Source of the DNA: Nitrospirota bacterium
Lineage (GTDB): Bacteria > Nitrospirota > UBA9217
Assembly: GCA_963796285.1 (NCBI GenBank)
Contig: CAWCKW010000012.1
Coordinates: 1,056,001-1,120,000 of the forward strand
Direction of reading: 5' to 3'
Length of the DNA: 64,000 nucleotides
Shown here: positions 23,543-34,314 of the stretch, in pieces
Numbering within the stretch: the first letter of the stretch is position 1
Layout of the letters: each line of letters opens with the position of its first letter
Notes under the pieces: model-generated
Database searches by the model: none
Told to the model about the DNA's origin: nothing
Seen by the model: the letters and a program-made list of their open reading frames with translations, nothing else
Program-made: the position numbers and the translations under genes

Positions 23543-26116
23543 TCAACCTACAGATATCAATCCCAGCCTGCCCTGCCACTTTCGCTTCAAGAGCTCACGG
23601 AGCTGCGGATAGGGTGCGAGCGTGGGGTCCTGGCGGACCAGGTCGAAGGCCTCCATCCTGGCCGTTTCGAGCAGGTCGGCGTCGCGGATGATATTTGCCG
23701 CGCGCAGGTCCGGCAGGCCCGACTGACGCGTGCCGAAGAACTCGCCCGGGCCGCGGATCCTGAGGTCTTCTTCCGCGATCAGGAAGCCGTCGTTCGTTCG
23801 GGTGAAGGCATTCAGCCGCTCTCGCGCTTCTTCCGCGAACATCCTCGGCCCCATGAGAATGCACGTGGATTGGCTGCTGCCCCTGCCGACCCTTCCCCGA
23901 AGCTGATGGAGCTGCGCCAGTCCGAACCGCTCGGGGTGTTCGATCACCATCACCGCGGCATTCGGCACGTCCACGCCGACCTCGATCACCGTGGTCGATA
24001 CCAGGAGGTGAATTTCGCCGGCCTTAAAGGCGGTCATGACCGCTTCTTTCTCTTCGCCTTTCATTCTGCCGTGCAAAAGCCCGACCTTCCAGCGGGGGAA
24101 GATATCGGCCTGGAGATGCGCGGCCATCTCGGTCGCGGCCTTCAGATCGCTCTTCTCGGTCTCCTCAACAAGCGGATAGACCACGTACGCCTGCCGCCCT
24201 TTCTTGAGCTCGTTTTCGATGAACTGGTACGCTTCACGGCGCCTGTTTTCAAAATAGAGCCGCGTGATGATCGCGATCCTGCCTGGCGGCATCTCGTCGA
24301 TCACGGACACATCAAGATCGCCGTAGACGGTGAGCGCGAGCGTGCGCGGGATAGGCGTTGCGGTCATGACCAGCACATCGGGCTCGTATCCCTTGGACGT
24401 GAGCGTGGAGCGCTGCATCACGCCGAAGCGGTGCTGTTCGTCGATGATCGCGAGCCCCAGGCGATGGAACTTCACGTTCTGCTCGATCAGCGCGTGGGTG
24501 CCGACCACGATCTGCGCCGCGCCTGACCCGATCTCAGCAAGCAGCGCTTCCTTCTCCTTCTTCTTCATCCGGCCCGTGAGCGATCGCACGGTGATCCCGA
24601 GCAGTAATGCCATGGCCGCGATGTTCTTGAAGTGCTGCTCGGCAAGGATCTCCGTCGGCGCCATGATGCAGGACTGGTAGCCGTTCTCTACGGCCATAAG
24701 CGAGGCAATGAGCGCGACCACGGTCTTGCCGCAGCCCACATCGCCCTGCACCAGCCGGTTCATGGGCCGGTCGGCAATCATGTCTTTTTTTATCTCAGCG
24801 ATCACGCGCTCCTGTGCAGCCGTCAATTTGAAGGGAAGATTTTTTCTCATGACGTTCTCAAGCGTATTGACCTGCGTGAACGAGATGCCCTTCTTTTCAA
24901 CGATCACTCCCCGTTTCCTGAGCGCGAGCCCGAGCTCGAGCGAGAACAGCTCTTCAAAACTAAGCCTTCGATGAGCGGCGCTCATGCCCCGGTTCAGGAT
25001 GGCAATGTCTTTTTCTTTCGTGGGAAAGTGGACCTCGGACACTGCCTCGGACGCCGGGACAAAGGAGTATTTTTTAATGAGGAAATCAGGCAACGGTTCA
25101 TGCAGGGACCCTGCGCAGGAATCGAGGATGTTCTTCATCATCGTGCGAATAGCGCGGACCGACAGACCTGAGGTCGCGCGGTAGATCGGGACGGTCCTGC
25201 CTGCATGGATCATTTCATCGGCCTCGTCCTCGCCCATGATCTCAAAGTCCGGGTTGTCGATCTGCGGCAGGCCGCTGCGGTAGGGATTGGACTTCACGAT
25301 GCCCGAGAGGATGACCTTCTGGCCCTGCCTGAACATCTTTTTCATGAAGGGCTGGTTGTACCACGAACCCACGAGCATCCCGCTCCTGTCCGTGATCACG
25401 AGCTCGAAGACCTTCACCCGCTGCCGCTTGGTCTGTACCACGTCGGCGGAGACCACCTCTCCCGACACGGTCTCGTACGATCCGTAGGTGAGCCTGCCGA
25501 TCTTCTTGAGATTTCCCCGGTCCTCGTAACGCCAGGGAAGATACGAGAGCGCGTCATCAACTGTCGAGATGCCGAGCTTCTGGAGCAGTTCAGCCCGCTT
25601 GGGACCGATGCCCTTGCAGTATTGGATCGGGGCATCGAGCCGGAGAAGGACCGCGCCGGCCTCCCCGTGTTCCCCTGCCCTTCCCCGCTCACTACGTGCG
25701 GGGAAAAGCATTGAAGAGGAACCGCTCTGCACCTTCTCCCCTTGAGGGAGAGGGCCGGTCAGCCCCGTTTGAGGCGGAGCCTCTTTCAAGGGGTGAGGGG
25801 CAATGTCAACCGAGGTCTTGCGTCCCTCGGGCTTCTTTGCACTTTGCCCAAATGAGTCAATCACCGCCACTGCCTTGATGATCCGGTCTTTTTTCTTTTC
25901 CAGGGCAAGCGCATCAAATCCGGCAAAGAGAGCCTCTATCTCCGCTATCTCATGATGGTCTATCACGAGGCGTTTCAGGTCTTCCACCTGGGACTGAATG
26001 AACGCTTCCATGGCGGCCAGGCTTTTGATATGGGCAAAATCGTCCCGCGCTGCGAACGAGAGCGGTTTTCTGATCCGGTCGAGAATGGTCTTGAGGTCGT
26101 CCATGAGGATGGTCAA
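23543..26116 (-). CDS. recG: ATP-dependent DNA helicase RecG
   Basis: QGDVGCGKT, DEQH, TATPIPRT, QLRGRVGRG, TRG motif. Confidence 0.97.
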   Translation of the reverse strand: MTILMDDLKTILDRIRKPLSFAARDDFAHIKSLAAMEAFIQSQVEDLKRLVIDHHEIAEIEALFAGFDALALEKKKDRIIKAVAVIDSFGQSAKKPEGRKTSVDIAPHPLKEAPPQTGLTGPLPQGEKVQSGSSSMLFPARSERGRAGEHGEAGAVLLRLDAPIQYCKGIGPKRAELLQKLGISTVDDALSYLPWRYEDRGNLKKIGRLTYGSYETVSGEVVSADVVQTKRQRVKVFELVITDRSGMLVGSWYNQPFMKKMFRQGQKVILSGIVKSNPYRSGLPQIDNPDFEIMGEDEADEMIHAGRTVPIYRATSGLSVRAIRTMMKNILDSCAGSLHEPLPDFLIKKYSFVPASEAVSEVHFPTKEKDIAILNRGMSAAHRRLSFEELFSLELGLALRKRGVIVEKKGISFTQVNTLENVMRKNLPFKLTAAQERVIAEIKKDMIADRPMNRLVQGDVGCGKTVVALIASLMAVENGYQSCIMAPTEILAEQHFKNIAAMALLLGITVRSLTGRMKKKEKEALLAEIGSGAAQIVVGTHALIEQNVKFHRLGLAIIDEQHRFGVMQRSTLTSKGYEPDVLVMTATPIPRTLALTVYGDLDVSVIDEMPPGRIAIITRLYFENRRREAYQFIENELKKGRQAYVVYPLVEETEKSDLKAATEMAAHLQADIFPRWKVGLLHGRMKGEEKEAVMTAFKAGEIHLLVSTTVIEVGVDVPNAAVMVIEHPERFGLAQLHQLRGRVGRGSSQSTCILMGPRMFAEEARERLNAFTRTNDGFLIAEEDLRIRGPGEFFGTRQSGLPDLRAANIIRDADLLETARMEAFDLVRQDPTLAPYPQLRELLKRKWQGRLGLISVG
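25672..25800 (-). repeat. REP-like palindromes inserted in-frame in recG
   Basis: cccctcacccc...ccctctccctcaaggggagaagg and ttccccgcacgtagtgagcggggaa translate as PHPLKEAPPQTGLTGPLPQGEK...FPARSERGRAGE. Confidence 0.7.
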
Positions 26117-26341
26117 TATTAGAATATTTTGAAGGTTTTGTCGAGGGAAAGAAACTTCGTGTTGACATGTGTCTTATCGCATCGTCGATGTTCATGTACT
26201 GCATCAGGCCGAACAGTTTGGCGGTGATCACTTCTTCAAACCGGGAATTGCCTGCTGATGGAAATTACCGTGGACTTGCATCTACTTACCATATATAATG
26301 CTGTGCATCATTTAAATCGCCCAACCGGGGGGTATCTTCTC

Positions 26342-27211
26342 ATGTTATTCAATTTTAGAACAAGCGGCATTGTCATGCTGCTCGTCGTTACACTGATTTC
26401 CTCTGCCATAGCTTCGGATAATTTATCAACAGCTGAGTCAACTACCTTGATCCAGACATCGTCTCAAAAAAATGAACCGGTTGTGTTAAACAAGGAGTAT
26501 GTAACGGGGTACTGGACAGATACAAAAAATATTCTGACATCGCCGGCTCGATGGGATTCCTCTGATTGGCTTGAAGCGTCCCTCGTCCTGGGTACTGCCG
26601 TCGGTCTGTATACGCAAGACGATAACATTAAGAACTGGGTCCAAAAGAAGAAAAATACTACAACAGCCAATTTGGCGGACGATACCAAGAAAATTTACTT
26701 GATATCCCTACCTGCAGCAGTGGGCCTCGGTGTATATGGATACGCGGCTTCTGATGATAAAGCCAAAACCACCTTCTTGCTCTCCACGGAGAGCTTCGTC
26801 ATTACCGGCGCATTTATACAGGTTTTGAAGCATGCTACGGGAAGACATCGCCCCTATACGGGTGATTCGCACGACACGTGGTCGGGCCCGGTTTTATCCT
26901 CGAAAGGCAGCGAACTCTCATTCCCTTCAGGTGACGCTTCCACTGCCTTTTCAATAGCAACGGTTGTTGCCACCGAATACGACAACTGGATCGTTCCACC
27001 ACTCGTCTATGGCATCTCAACGCTCGTCGCCCTTGGTCGGGTACATAACAATGCCCACTGGTCTTCAGATGTGTTTGTTGCGTCGGCTATTGGTTATTTT
27101 ACCGGTAAAGCTGTTGTCGCATCCCATTCCGGCGGCAATGTCAATAAACTGAGCATTGCCCCCATGCTGGATGGTAACGACATGGGTGTTCTGATAACGT
27201 ATCGGTATTAG
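26342..27211 (+). CDS. PAP2-family phosphatase
   Basis: KHATGRHRP, SFPSGDA, RVHNNAHWSSDV; the second motif has D where H is usual. Confidence 0.85.
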   Translation: MLFNFRTSGIVMLLVVTLISSAIASDNLSTAESTTLIQTSSQKNEPVVLNKEYVTGYWTDTKNILTSPARWDSSDWLEASLVLGTAVGLYTQDDNIKNWVQKKKNTTTANLADDTKKIYLISLPAAVGLGVYGYAASDDKAKTTFLLSTESFVITGAFIQVLKHATGRHRPYTGDSHDTWSGPVLSSKGSELSFPSGDASTAFSIATVVATEYDNWIVPPLVYGISTLVALGRVHNNAHWSSDVFVASAIGYFTGKAVVASHSGGNVNKLSIAPMLDGNDMGVLITYRY

Positions 27212-27228
27212 ACAGGCGGGAAAAACGG

Positions 27229-27510
27229 TCAGCTGGATTGCCCAGCCGCATAATCTTCATTCTGAAAATAGACCGTATAATGAGTGGGGCAGGTGCAAAT
27301 ATGCCCGTGACTGCTGCCGTAAGATACTTTGTAGGGACAGGAAACTCCCTCTTTATCCTTCCCGTTCTCGATATACAGCATATTTTTATCAAATCGTTTA
27401 TCGACTTTGCATTGCATCAGATTTCCGCATTTCCCCGTTGTAAGGCAGGAAAAATCATGGGTACATTTGGTGGTCGCTCTTAAGACTTCCTCAGGTACGG
27501 AATATTTCAT
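27229..27510 (-). CDS. small Cys-rich hypothetical protein
   Basis: KCTHDFSCL..GKC...C...CPYKVSYG...ICTCP. Confidence 0.65.
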   Translation of the reverse strand: MKYSVPEEVLRATTKCTHDFSCLTTGKCGNLMQCKVDKRFDKNMLYIENGKDKEGVSCPYKVSYGSSHGHICTCPTHYTVYFQNEDYAAGQSS

Positions 27511-27781
27511 AGATAGGACAGGTCTCCTTTATCCTCACACGCCGTGTACGTCGCTCCGGATTAATTCCCAGCAGGTTGCAGGATACACTATTTGGGTCCT
27601 GAAATCAATACTGCGCTGCTTCAAGGCGGGATACGATCTCCGTGAACTCCGATGCCTTTAGTTTTGCGGTTGCGACACTGTTGGATAATTTCAGACAATT
27701 GAACCTGTCGAGACTTACAGCGTACTATAGGTTCAGAACAACGTATAGTTCAGCGGGTAGGATAACCGCGATCCAAATCGA

Positions 27782-28177
27782 TCACGACTTTTCAATGGAG
27801 GAGTCACGGGAGAGGGACGGACTTTCTTCCGGCCGCTGCCAGGGCCAGCGCCCTTCGACTTCGAGTTGCAGTGCCATGCTGAGGAACGTTCTGATCAGGA
27901 CGATCAGCCCGAGGATCACGATGTTCTCCAGCGTAGGCGCCACAACGACCGTCCTGATAATGTCGCCCGCGATGAGGAATTCCAGGCCGAGCAGGATGGC
28001 CCGTCCCAGATCTTGCCGGTAGAGTCTGTAGGATTTGCTGGTTTCCGCATGTCGATTAATGATAAAACGACCCGTGGCAAGGATCGCGCCGGCGACGATC
28101 ACAAGGACCCCTACGGCGTCAACCGCCCTGCCGATACCGTCCATTATTTCACGGTAGTATGCCATCACATTCCCCAT
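27782..28177 (-). CDS. DUF1622 membrane protein
   Basis: YRQDLGRAILLGLEFLIAGDIIRTV...IRTFLS...EGRWPWQ. Confidence 0.9.
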   Translation of the reverse strand: MGNVMAYYREIMDGIGRAVDAVGVLVIVAGAILATGRFIINRHAETSKSYRLYRQDLGRAILLGLEFLIAGDIIRTVVVAPTLENIVILGLIVLIRTFLSMALQLEVEGRWPWQRPEESPSLSRDSSIEKS

Positions 28178-28324
28178 TGTTCTTCGCTTTCACCTTCTGA
28201 TGCTTTTGTTTCGTGCATTCCAATCCAGTTCGATGACTGCCCTCACCAAGCAGAACGCGAAGGGGAGGATATCCAGATGCTGCATTGTTTGCTCTGTGAG
28301 ATGCGCAATGTTCTCTTCGCGGGT

Positions 28325-29170
28325 CTATTGTGCCTTGACAACCAGGACTGCACAACTTGCATGGCCGATGACCTTTTCTGTTGAGCTTCCCATGAGAAAT
28401 TTTTTCAGGCCCGTCTTCCCATACGACCCCATGACGATCAGATCCACGCCCCTGCCGCCCGCGATCTCAACGATCACATCGTGAGACCTGCCGATGGGGG
28501 TCAATGCCTCCGCGGTTATGCCTTCCTTCTGCGCCATTTCAACGACCTGCCGGACATGTGCTTTTGCTTCTTCTGATCCTTCCTCCGAGTGCATTGCAGA
28601 AATCGCAATAATATTACTTCCGCAGCGTTTTGCGATCCCGATCGCCTCGGAGGCAGCAGCGATGCTGTGCGTTGAACCGTCCGTGGCCACCAATATATTT
28701 CTGCAATCTATCCGTGCGGCCCTTGGAACAATGAGGACCTTACAGGGTGCCTGACCGATGAGATTTGCAGCAGTCTTTCCCATGAGGACCTTCATTAATC
28801 CGCTGCGACCGCGTCTGCCGATGATTATCATGTCTACTTTTTTCTCAGCGGCCTCGTTGATGATCAATCGGGATGGATTCTCACCGAAATGGAGAGCAAT
28901 ATTACAGTAATATATTCCTTCTTGAGACGCCCTTGATTTAACCGATTCAAGATATTTTGTTGCTTCCTCCTCTTCTTTTTGATAAGCACTGGCGCCGATG
29001 GTCTCATATTCAGGGTTTGTCTCCAGAACCGACATTACGGTGAGCCTGCTTGAACACTTTTTTGCAAACGTTATTGCCTCCCTTATGGCCCCTTCACTAA
29101 ATGCGGAACGATCTGTTGCTAAAAGCAGCTTATCAAGTTTCGATAGTGGACACGATTGTGCAGAGTTCAT
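28325..29170 (-). CDS. universal stress protein (tandem USP domains)
   Basis: LLLATD.S; IIGRRGRSG...MG; ILVATDGS; VMGSYGKTG...MGS. Confidence 0.93.
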   Translation of the reverse strand: MNSAQSCPLSKLDKLLLATDRSAFSEGAIREAITFAKKCSSRLTVMSVLETNPEYETIGASAYQKEEEEATKYLESVKSRASQEGIYYCNIALHFGENPSRLIINEAAEKKVDMIIIGRRGRSGLMKVLMGKTAANLIGQAPCKVLIVPRAARIDCRNILVATDGSTHSIAAASEAIGIAKRCGSNIIAISAMHSEEGSEEAKAHVRQVVEMAQKEGITAEALTPIGRSHDVIVEIAGGRGVDLIVMGSYGKTGLKKFLMGSSTEKVIGHASCAVLVVKAQ

Positions 29171-29542
29171 GATAGCATCTCCTTAAAAAGCATTACGTTA
29201 TTGACCTGAACAGATCAGGCATTGAGCCACCACTTCCCGGTCACCGATGTTCCGATGCGATTGATTTTATTATAGCAGATTCTATCTTGATGGGCGCGGA
29301 AGCTATTTTTTGTTGCTCACCAGTATGACGCAAATGCAATACATTTTTCACATCATTCCCATAAATGCTATTCCTGCGAGGGTATTGTTCCTGTGTTGAA
29401 AGAGAGAAGCCATAAAAAGGCAACTGTCAGTCCGGAAGACCAGACCTCAAAGATTCCATCATGCCTAATAAACCATCGACAAAATCGTGATAAAATAAAA
29501 TCAGGATATAATTTGTTCGAGAAAATGCACAGGAGGCAAACC

Positions 29543-30328
29543 ATGAACGCTGTTCAGCATGAGCTGAAGCAAGCCAACCTGCCGCACAGGCCGCTCGTCG
29601 ATCACCTCGCGCCGGCCGGTCTTGCTCTGGCGATAAGTGCAGGCCTTTCTGCAGTCATCTCGGGCCTGGGCACCCGGTGGGGTTGGTGGTACTTCACGAC
29701 CGGGTTCATGATACTTCGGTGGTCCGCCGTGGCCGGACTCGTGGCGGCCTTTGTCTGTTTGACCGGTGGCATTCTGTCAGGATGGGAAATTCGTCGAGCA
29801 AGAGTAGCCATTGTCCTGATCGGACTTCTGGTGGGAGCCGTTGTTGCCGGCATACCCTGGTCGTGGATGCGGACCGCCAAGCAGTTGCCCCGGATCCATG
29901 ACATCACAACGGACATGGAGAATCCGCCGCGTTTTGTCTCGATCATACCGCTCCGGAAGGATGCGCCGAATCCGTCCGAATACGGCGGCCCCGGGATCGC
30001 GTTACAGCAGCGCGCCGGTTACCCGGATATCCAGCCGCTAGTTCTTCCGATCCCGGTCGAATCGGCATTCGAGCGGGCACTCCAGGCAGCGCATGACATG
30101 GGCTGGAACATCGTCGATGCCAGCGCGAATAACGGCCGGATCGAGGCGATGGACAGGACGTTCTGGTTTGGGTTCACGGACGACATTGTCGTGCGGATCA
30201 CACCCCTGCCGGGACTCAGCAAGATCGATGTTCGCTCTGTTTCACGTGTGGGTTTGAGCGATGTCGGGACCAACGCAAAAAGGGTCCGGGCGTTCCTGAG
30301 AAGAATATCAAGGGCCGGCGCGACTTAG
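29543..30328 (+). CDS. DUF1499 membrane protein
   Basis: PRIHDITTD...YPDIQP...FWFGFTDDIVVR...DVRSVSRVG.SDVGTN. Confidence 0.9.
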   Translation: MNAVQHELKQANLPHRPLVDHLAPAGLALAISAGLSAVISGLGTRWGWWYFTTGFMILRWSAVAGLVAAFVCLTGGILSGWEIRRARVAIVLIGLLVGAVVAGIPWSWMRTAKQLPRIHDITTDMENPPRFVSIIPLRKDAPNPSEYGGPGIALQQRAGYPDIQPLVLPIPVESAFERALQAAHDMGWNIVDASANNGRIEAMDRTFWFGFTDDIVVRITPLPGLSKIDVRSVSRVGLSDVGTNAKRVRAFLRRISRAGAT

Positions 30329-30341
30329 GGACCCGCCTGAT

Positions 30342-30824
30342 ATGTTGGGCCCCAAAACAGGTTTCAGATGCAAGCCTATGCGGGCTATCGACATGATGCA
30401 ATTAAGACCAACAAAGACAAATGCGATCCGAACAGCGTTGATTGCTCCCTGTGGAATGAACTGTCGCCTCTGTTTCGCATATACAAGAGATAAGAAGGCA
30501 TGCCCTGGTTGTCGAGGCGACGACAGCGTCAAGCCAAAAACCCGTGTTAAATGCCTGATCAAGACCTGTGAGAAGATAGGTCAAGGTAACGTCAAGTACT
30601 GCTTCAGCTGTAACGGGTTTCCTTGCGACAGGCTGAAACACTTAAATGAGCGCTATAGGATCAAGTATGGCATGAGCATGATCGACAATCTCGCGCACAT
30701 AAAGAAGTTCGGCATAAGACATTTCATTAAAAGCGAAAAGGAAAGGTGGACCTGTCCCGGGTGTGGCCAGCTCTTATGTGTTCATAAACAGCAATGCCTT
30801 TCTTGCGGACATAAGTGGCGTTAG
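30342..30824 (+). CDS. DUF3795 Cys-rich protein
   Basis: APCGMNCRLC, CPGC, C.IK.C, YCFSC..FPC; true start may be 30393. Confidence 0.85.
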   Translation: MLGPKTGFRCKPMRAIDMMQLRPTKTNAIRTALIAPCGMNCRLCFAYTRDKKACPGCRGDDSVKPKTRVKCLIKTCEKIGQGNVKYCFSCNGFPCDRLKHLNERYRIKYGMSMIDNLAHIKKFGIRHFIKSEKERWTCPGCGQLLCVHKQQCLSCGHKWR

Positions 30825-31174
30825 AAATGCTCCAATGGACTAAATGAGGAAAGGAGAACAAAAAAGATTGTGGGATAGGGACAATGACAGACATTGCCCT
30901 ATACCCAGGATACATGAGGAGTTAAACAAAAGCTCGATTTGAAAGAGAGACGAGGGTTTAATGTAATTCAGACCTGTCGTTATCTTATTTTAGAGGGCAT
31001 ATTATGGCTGGAATTTTACTGAATAATAGCTAAAGTTCAGCCATGAGCATATCAAAGAGAATGCCAAATTAAAAGAATGATCAAGGAAGTTTCATGAAAT
31101 AAGTGCAACATGATATCCGGGGTATGAGGGGTCTTTTTATCTCAGCGGGTACAACAACATCCCTGCCTGCATGC

Positions 31175-32368
31175 TCAAAATGGCAGTTTCAGCCCCATGC
31201 GTATCAGAAGGCTGCTGCCGGGTATGTTACGCGCTATGCCTGTGATCAATGGCCGGGAGAGATACGACATTACGTGCTTCCGCTCCACTGCTTTCTTCAG
31301 CCCTACCACCCAAGCCCCGGTCCTGAACGAGTCCTTCAAGGCATAGATGCCCATATTCTTTCCGATCGAGATCAACTGTGGCCTGGTACGGACCTCATAG
31401 CGGACCAGGTTTCCGCTGCGCCGCAGGAATGAGCATATGTTGAGGGAGGCAACCTTGGCCTGGTCCTGAGCAAGGTAAGCGAGTTTTGGCAGCGGTAACG
31501 CATTTTCAGGCCCCGTAATGGATGCCGCATCGCCAACAACAAAGATGCGCTCGTCTGCCGGAGATCTGAGAAAAGCATCGACGATGATCCAGCCGGCAGG
31601 GTCTTTCGGGAGGGCCAGGCCGTTGATCAGTCCAGATGGCTTGATGCCGCCGGACCAGATCAGCATGGACTGCGGTAGTACCCTGCCCGAAGAAAGGACG
31701 AGCGAGTCTTCGCGCACAGCCGTGATGCGTTCGGCCGTGATGATCGAAACACCCTTCTCTTGCAGATATTTTTCCGCAAAGCCGCCGATAGCGGATGGGA
31801 ACCCGGGCAGGAGCTGCTGTTGCCCCTCGATCACGGTGATCGAGGCGTTGTTATCATTGGTAAGGTCCAGCAGTTCGCCTGCGACCTCCACCCCTTCCGT
31901 ACCGCCGCCCGCTATGACCAGGTGCACGTCCTTCCGCGCCTCCGCCAGCAGGCGCTCAAGGCCCTCCCGGATCCTGAGCGCGTCCCCGGGTGTGCGGAAA
32001 CGGAACGAAAATCGCTCTGCTCCGGGCACGTTAAAGAAATTGTTCTCAGCGCCCGTTGCCAGCAGGAGACAGTCATACCCAAACACTCCTTCCGCCATAC
32101 TGACCTGCCTGCTCGTGGTATTGATCGTTGAAACTTCGCCCTGGACAAAATGGATACCTGCCGGTGCCAGCACGGTCTTTAGGGGTATCTGGATGCTCCC
32201 GGCAGCGATCTTCCCGGTGGTGACCTCGTGGATGGACGGGAGGAAGGAGTGCTCGGCCTGCCGGTCGATCAGCGTGATCGAGGCACTATCGCCCATGAGG
32301 GTCCTGAGGGTGAAGGCCGCTTCCAGTCCACCGAATCCTCCACCCACGATCACGATGTCAAAGCTCAT
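31175..32368 (-). CDS. FAD-dependent oxidoreductase, NDH-2-like
   Basis: GGGFGG, ATG, GGGTEGVE, FVVGD. Confidence 0.88.
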   Translation of the reverse strand: MSFDIVIVGGGFGGLEAAFTLRTLMGDSASITLIDRQAEHSFLPSIHEVTTGKIAAGSIQIPLKTVLAPAGIHFVQGEVSTINTTSRQVSMAEGVFGYDCLLLATGAENNFFNVPGAERFSFRFRTPGDALRIREGLERLLAEARKDVHLVIAGGGTEGVEVAGELLDLTNDNNASITVIEGQQQLLPGFPSAIGGFAEKYLQEKGVSIITAERITAVREDSLVLSSGRVLPQSMLIWSGGIKPSGLINGLALPKDPAGWIIVDAFLRSPADERIFVVGDAASITGPENALPLPKLAYLAQDQAKVASLNICSFLRRSGNLVRYEVRTRPQLISIGKNMGIYALKDSFRTGAWVVGLKKAVERKHVMSYLSRPLITGIARNIPGSSLLIRMGLKLPF

Positions 32369-32569
32369 ACCAATCCTCCTCCTGGGGTAATTCTAGCAGA
32401 AAAAATTCAGACAACAGAGACTTAATAGATCCTGGACGGTTAAAATGGACAGCGAATGGAACGGTGTCGTGATATCCAATGCTGAGGGGGCCTTTCATGC
32501 CGGGAATTCATTCTTAACAAGAGGGATGTCAAACCGCAAAAAGTTTCAAAATGATGCTAATACGAACTT

Positions 32570-32598
32570 TTGACAATCCGGTTCCGGAGTGCTATACT
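32570..32598 (+). promoter_or_regulatory. sigma70-type promoter
   Basis: TTGACA-17 nt-TATACT. Confidence 0.65.
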
Positions 32599-32684
32599 TA
32601 AATTACAACAGGATTGTATTCGTCCTGTATTTGGTCTGACGTTGGAGGAATAAAACAGCATAAGACCTTAATAGGAGGTACAGT

Positions 32685-32954
32685 ATGAAACGCTACGCGA
32701 TCGCAACACCACACAAACCGGAAGATTGCCTCAAAGCATTAGATGAGGGCCTGGCAATAGGTCCGCAGGTACTGGGAAAGTTTGAGTATGGATGCACGGC
32801 AGGAGACCATACGGGCTATGCGATAATTGATGCCGAAACCCGCGAAGATGCAATTAGATTTGTTCCGGGCTTCCTGCAGAACACCGCCAAGATCGTTGAA
32901 GTGGTGAAGTTTACCCCGGAGATGGTACGGTCATTCCACAAGAAAGCTGCATAG
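32685..32954 (+). CDS. small hypothetical protein
   Basis: Strong GGAGG RBS, upstream promoter and downstream terminator. Confidence 0.75.
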   Translation: MKRYAIATPHKPEDCLKALDEGLAIGPQVLGKFEYGCTAGDHTGYAIIDAETREDAIRFVPGFLQNTAKIVEVVKFTPEMVRSFHKKAA

Positions 32955-32988
32955 CTGAAAAGGCCAAAGCCAGTACCGAAGTACATAT

Positions 32989-33017
32989 GAGCATGGTGAA
33001 TATCATGCTCTTTTTTT
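32989..33017 (+). terminator. intrinsic terminator
   Basis: gagcatg-gtgaatat-catgctc followed by T7. Confidence 0.6.
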
Positions 33018-33183
33018 GTCCCGATGGACCGCATATAAATCAATCGAGCAGATAGCATGAACTGAATAGTTTCAGGTAGATGACTCAGGACGTTCTTTCC
33101 CCCCAAGATAAGAGAATGGGCGATATACTATAGTAGTAAGCTGAATCGTAATTACAAAAGGGACTATTCCAGGGAGAAGCGCC

Positions 33184-34134
33184 ATGAACAGCAATGACAC
33201 CTATGATGTGATCATCGTGGGCGGTGGCCCGGCAGGACTGGCAGCCGGGCTCTATTGCCAGCGCGCTGTCTTGAAAACGATCCTGTTCGAAAAGGGTCTG
33301 GTCGGGGGCCAGATCGCCATATCAAAGGACGTGGAGAATTACCCGGGCGTGCAGGGCATTACCGGATTCGATCTTGCGGAAAAGATGGTCCAGCATGCCG
33401 AGTCTTTCGGGCTGAGGATCATCCAGGAAGAAGTGGCAACGGTGATCAGTGGCCCGGACGTTCACTCGGTCCGGCTTGCCAATGGGACCGTGTATTCGAC
33501 GTATGCTCTGATCCTGGGGGCAGGCGGGTCCGTGCGTAAACTCGGCGTGCCCGGCGAAGCTGAATATCTGGGAAGCGGGGTTTCCTATTGTGGCACCTGC
33601 GACGGGTTCTTTTTCAAGGACAAGACCGTTGTGGTCGTGGGCGGCGGGGATACGGCAGTCGAGGAGGCCCTGATCCTCTCACGGCTTGCTCGCAAGGTAT
33701 ATCTCGTTCACCGGAAAGGCGTGCTGCGCGCAAGCAACCGGCTGCTCCTCAGCCGTCTCCTGGCCGAGCCTGGGATCGAAGTGATCTGGAACACGATCAT
33801 TACGGAGATCAATGGTGACGGTCGGTCCGTGAACGTCGTCTCCCTCATGAACACCGAGACCGGAGCAGCGAGAGACCTTCCTACGGACGGCGTCTTCATC
33901 TTTATCGGGTATGTTCCGAATACGACCTTGATACCGCCTGAGGTACGCATGAATGAACAGGGCTTCGTCATCACGGACGAAAAATGCGAGACGAGCGTTC
34001 CCGGCATCTTCGCCATCGGAGACCTGCGCCAGAAGTTCGCCAACCAGATCGTGGTTGCAGCCGCTGACGGGGCCATCGCAGCCCTGGCTGCGGCGCATTA
34101 TGTTGAGGCGCGAAAGGCGGCCGTACTACCCTGA
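33184..34134 (+). CDS. trxB: thioredoxin-disulfide reductase
   Basis: GGGPAG, VENYPG, SYCGTCDG, GGGDTAVEEA, FAIGD. Confidence 0.95.
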   Translation: MNSNDTYDVIIVGGGPAGLAAGLYCQRAVLKTILFEKGLVGGQIAISKDVENYPGVQGITGFDLAEKMVQHAESFGLRIIQEEVATVISGPDVHSVRLANGTVYSTYALILGAGGSVRKLGVPGEAEYLGSGVSYCGTCDGFFFKDKTVVVVGGGDTAVEEALILSRLARKVYLVHRKGVLRASNRLLLSRLLAEPGIEVIWNTIITEINGDGRSVNVVSLMNTETGAARDLPTDGVFIFIGYVPNTTLIPPEVRMNEQGFVITDEKCETSVPGIFAIGDLRQKFANQIVVAAADGAIAALAAAHYVEARKAAVLP

Positions 34135-34314
34135 GCTGGTCCCTGTCACCACGTTCTTATACCGCAAGGATCAGATCATTGTTCTTCTTCGCGTTCACAA
34201 TCCTGCTGATAGAATGAAAATGCATGCCCGGATGACCAGAGAACTCATGCTTGACGGAAACCGTGTTTCTCAACAGACTCAGTAGATATGACCCATCGAT
34301 TCCCAGCACCGGAT

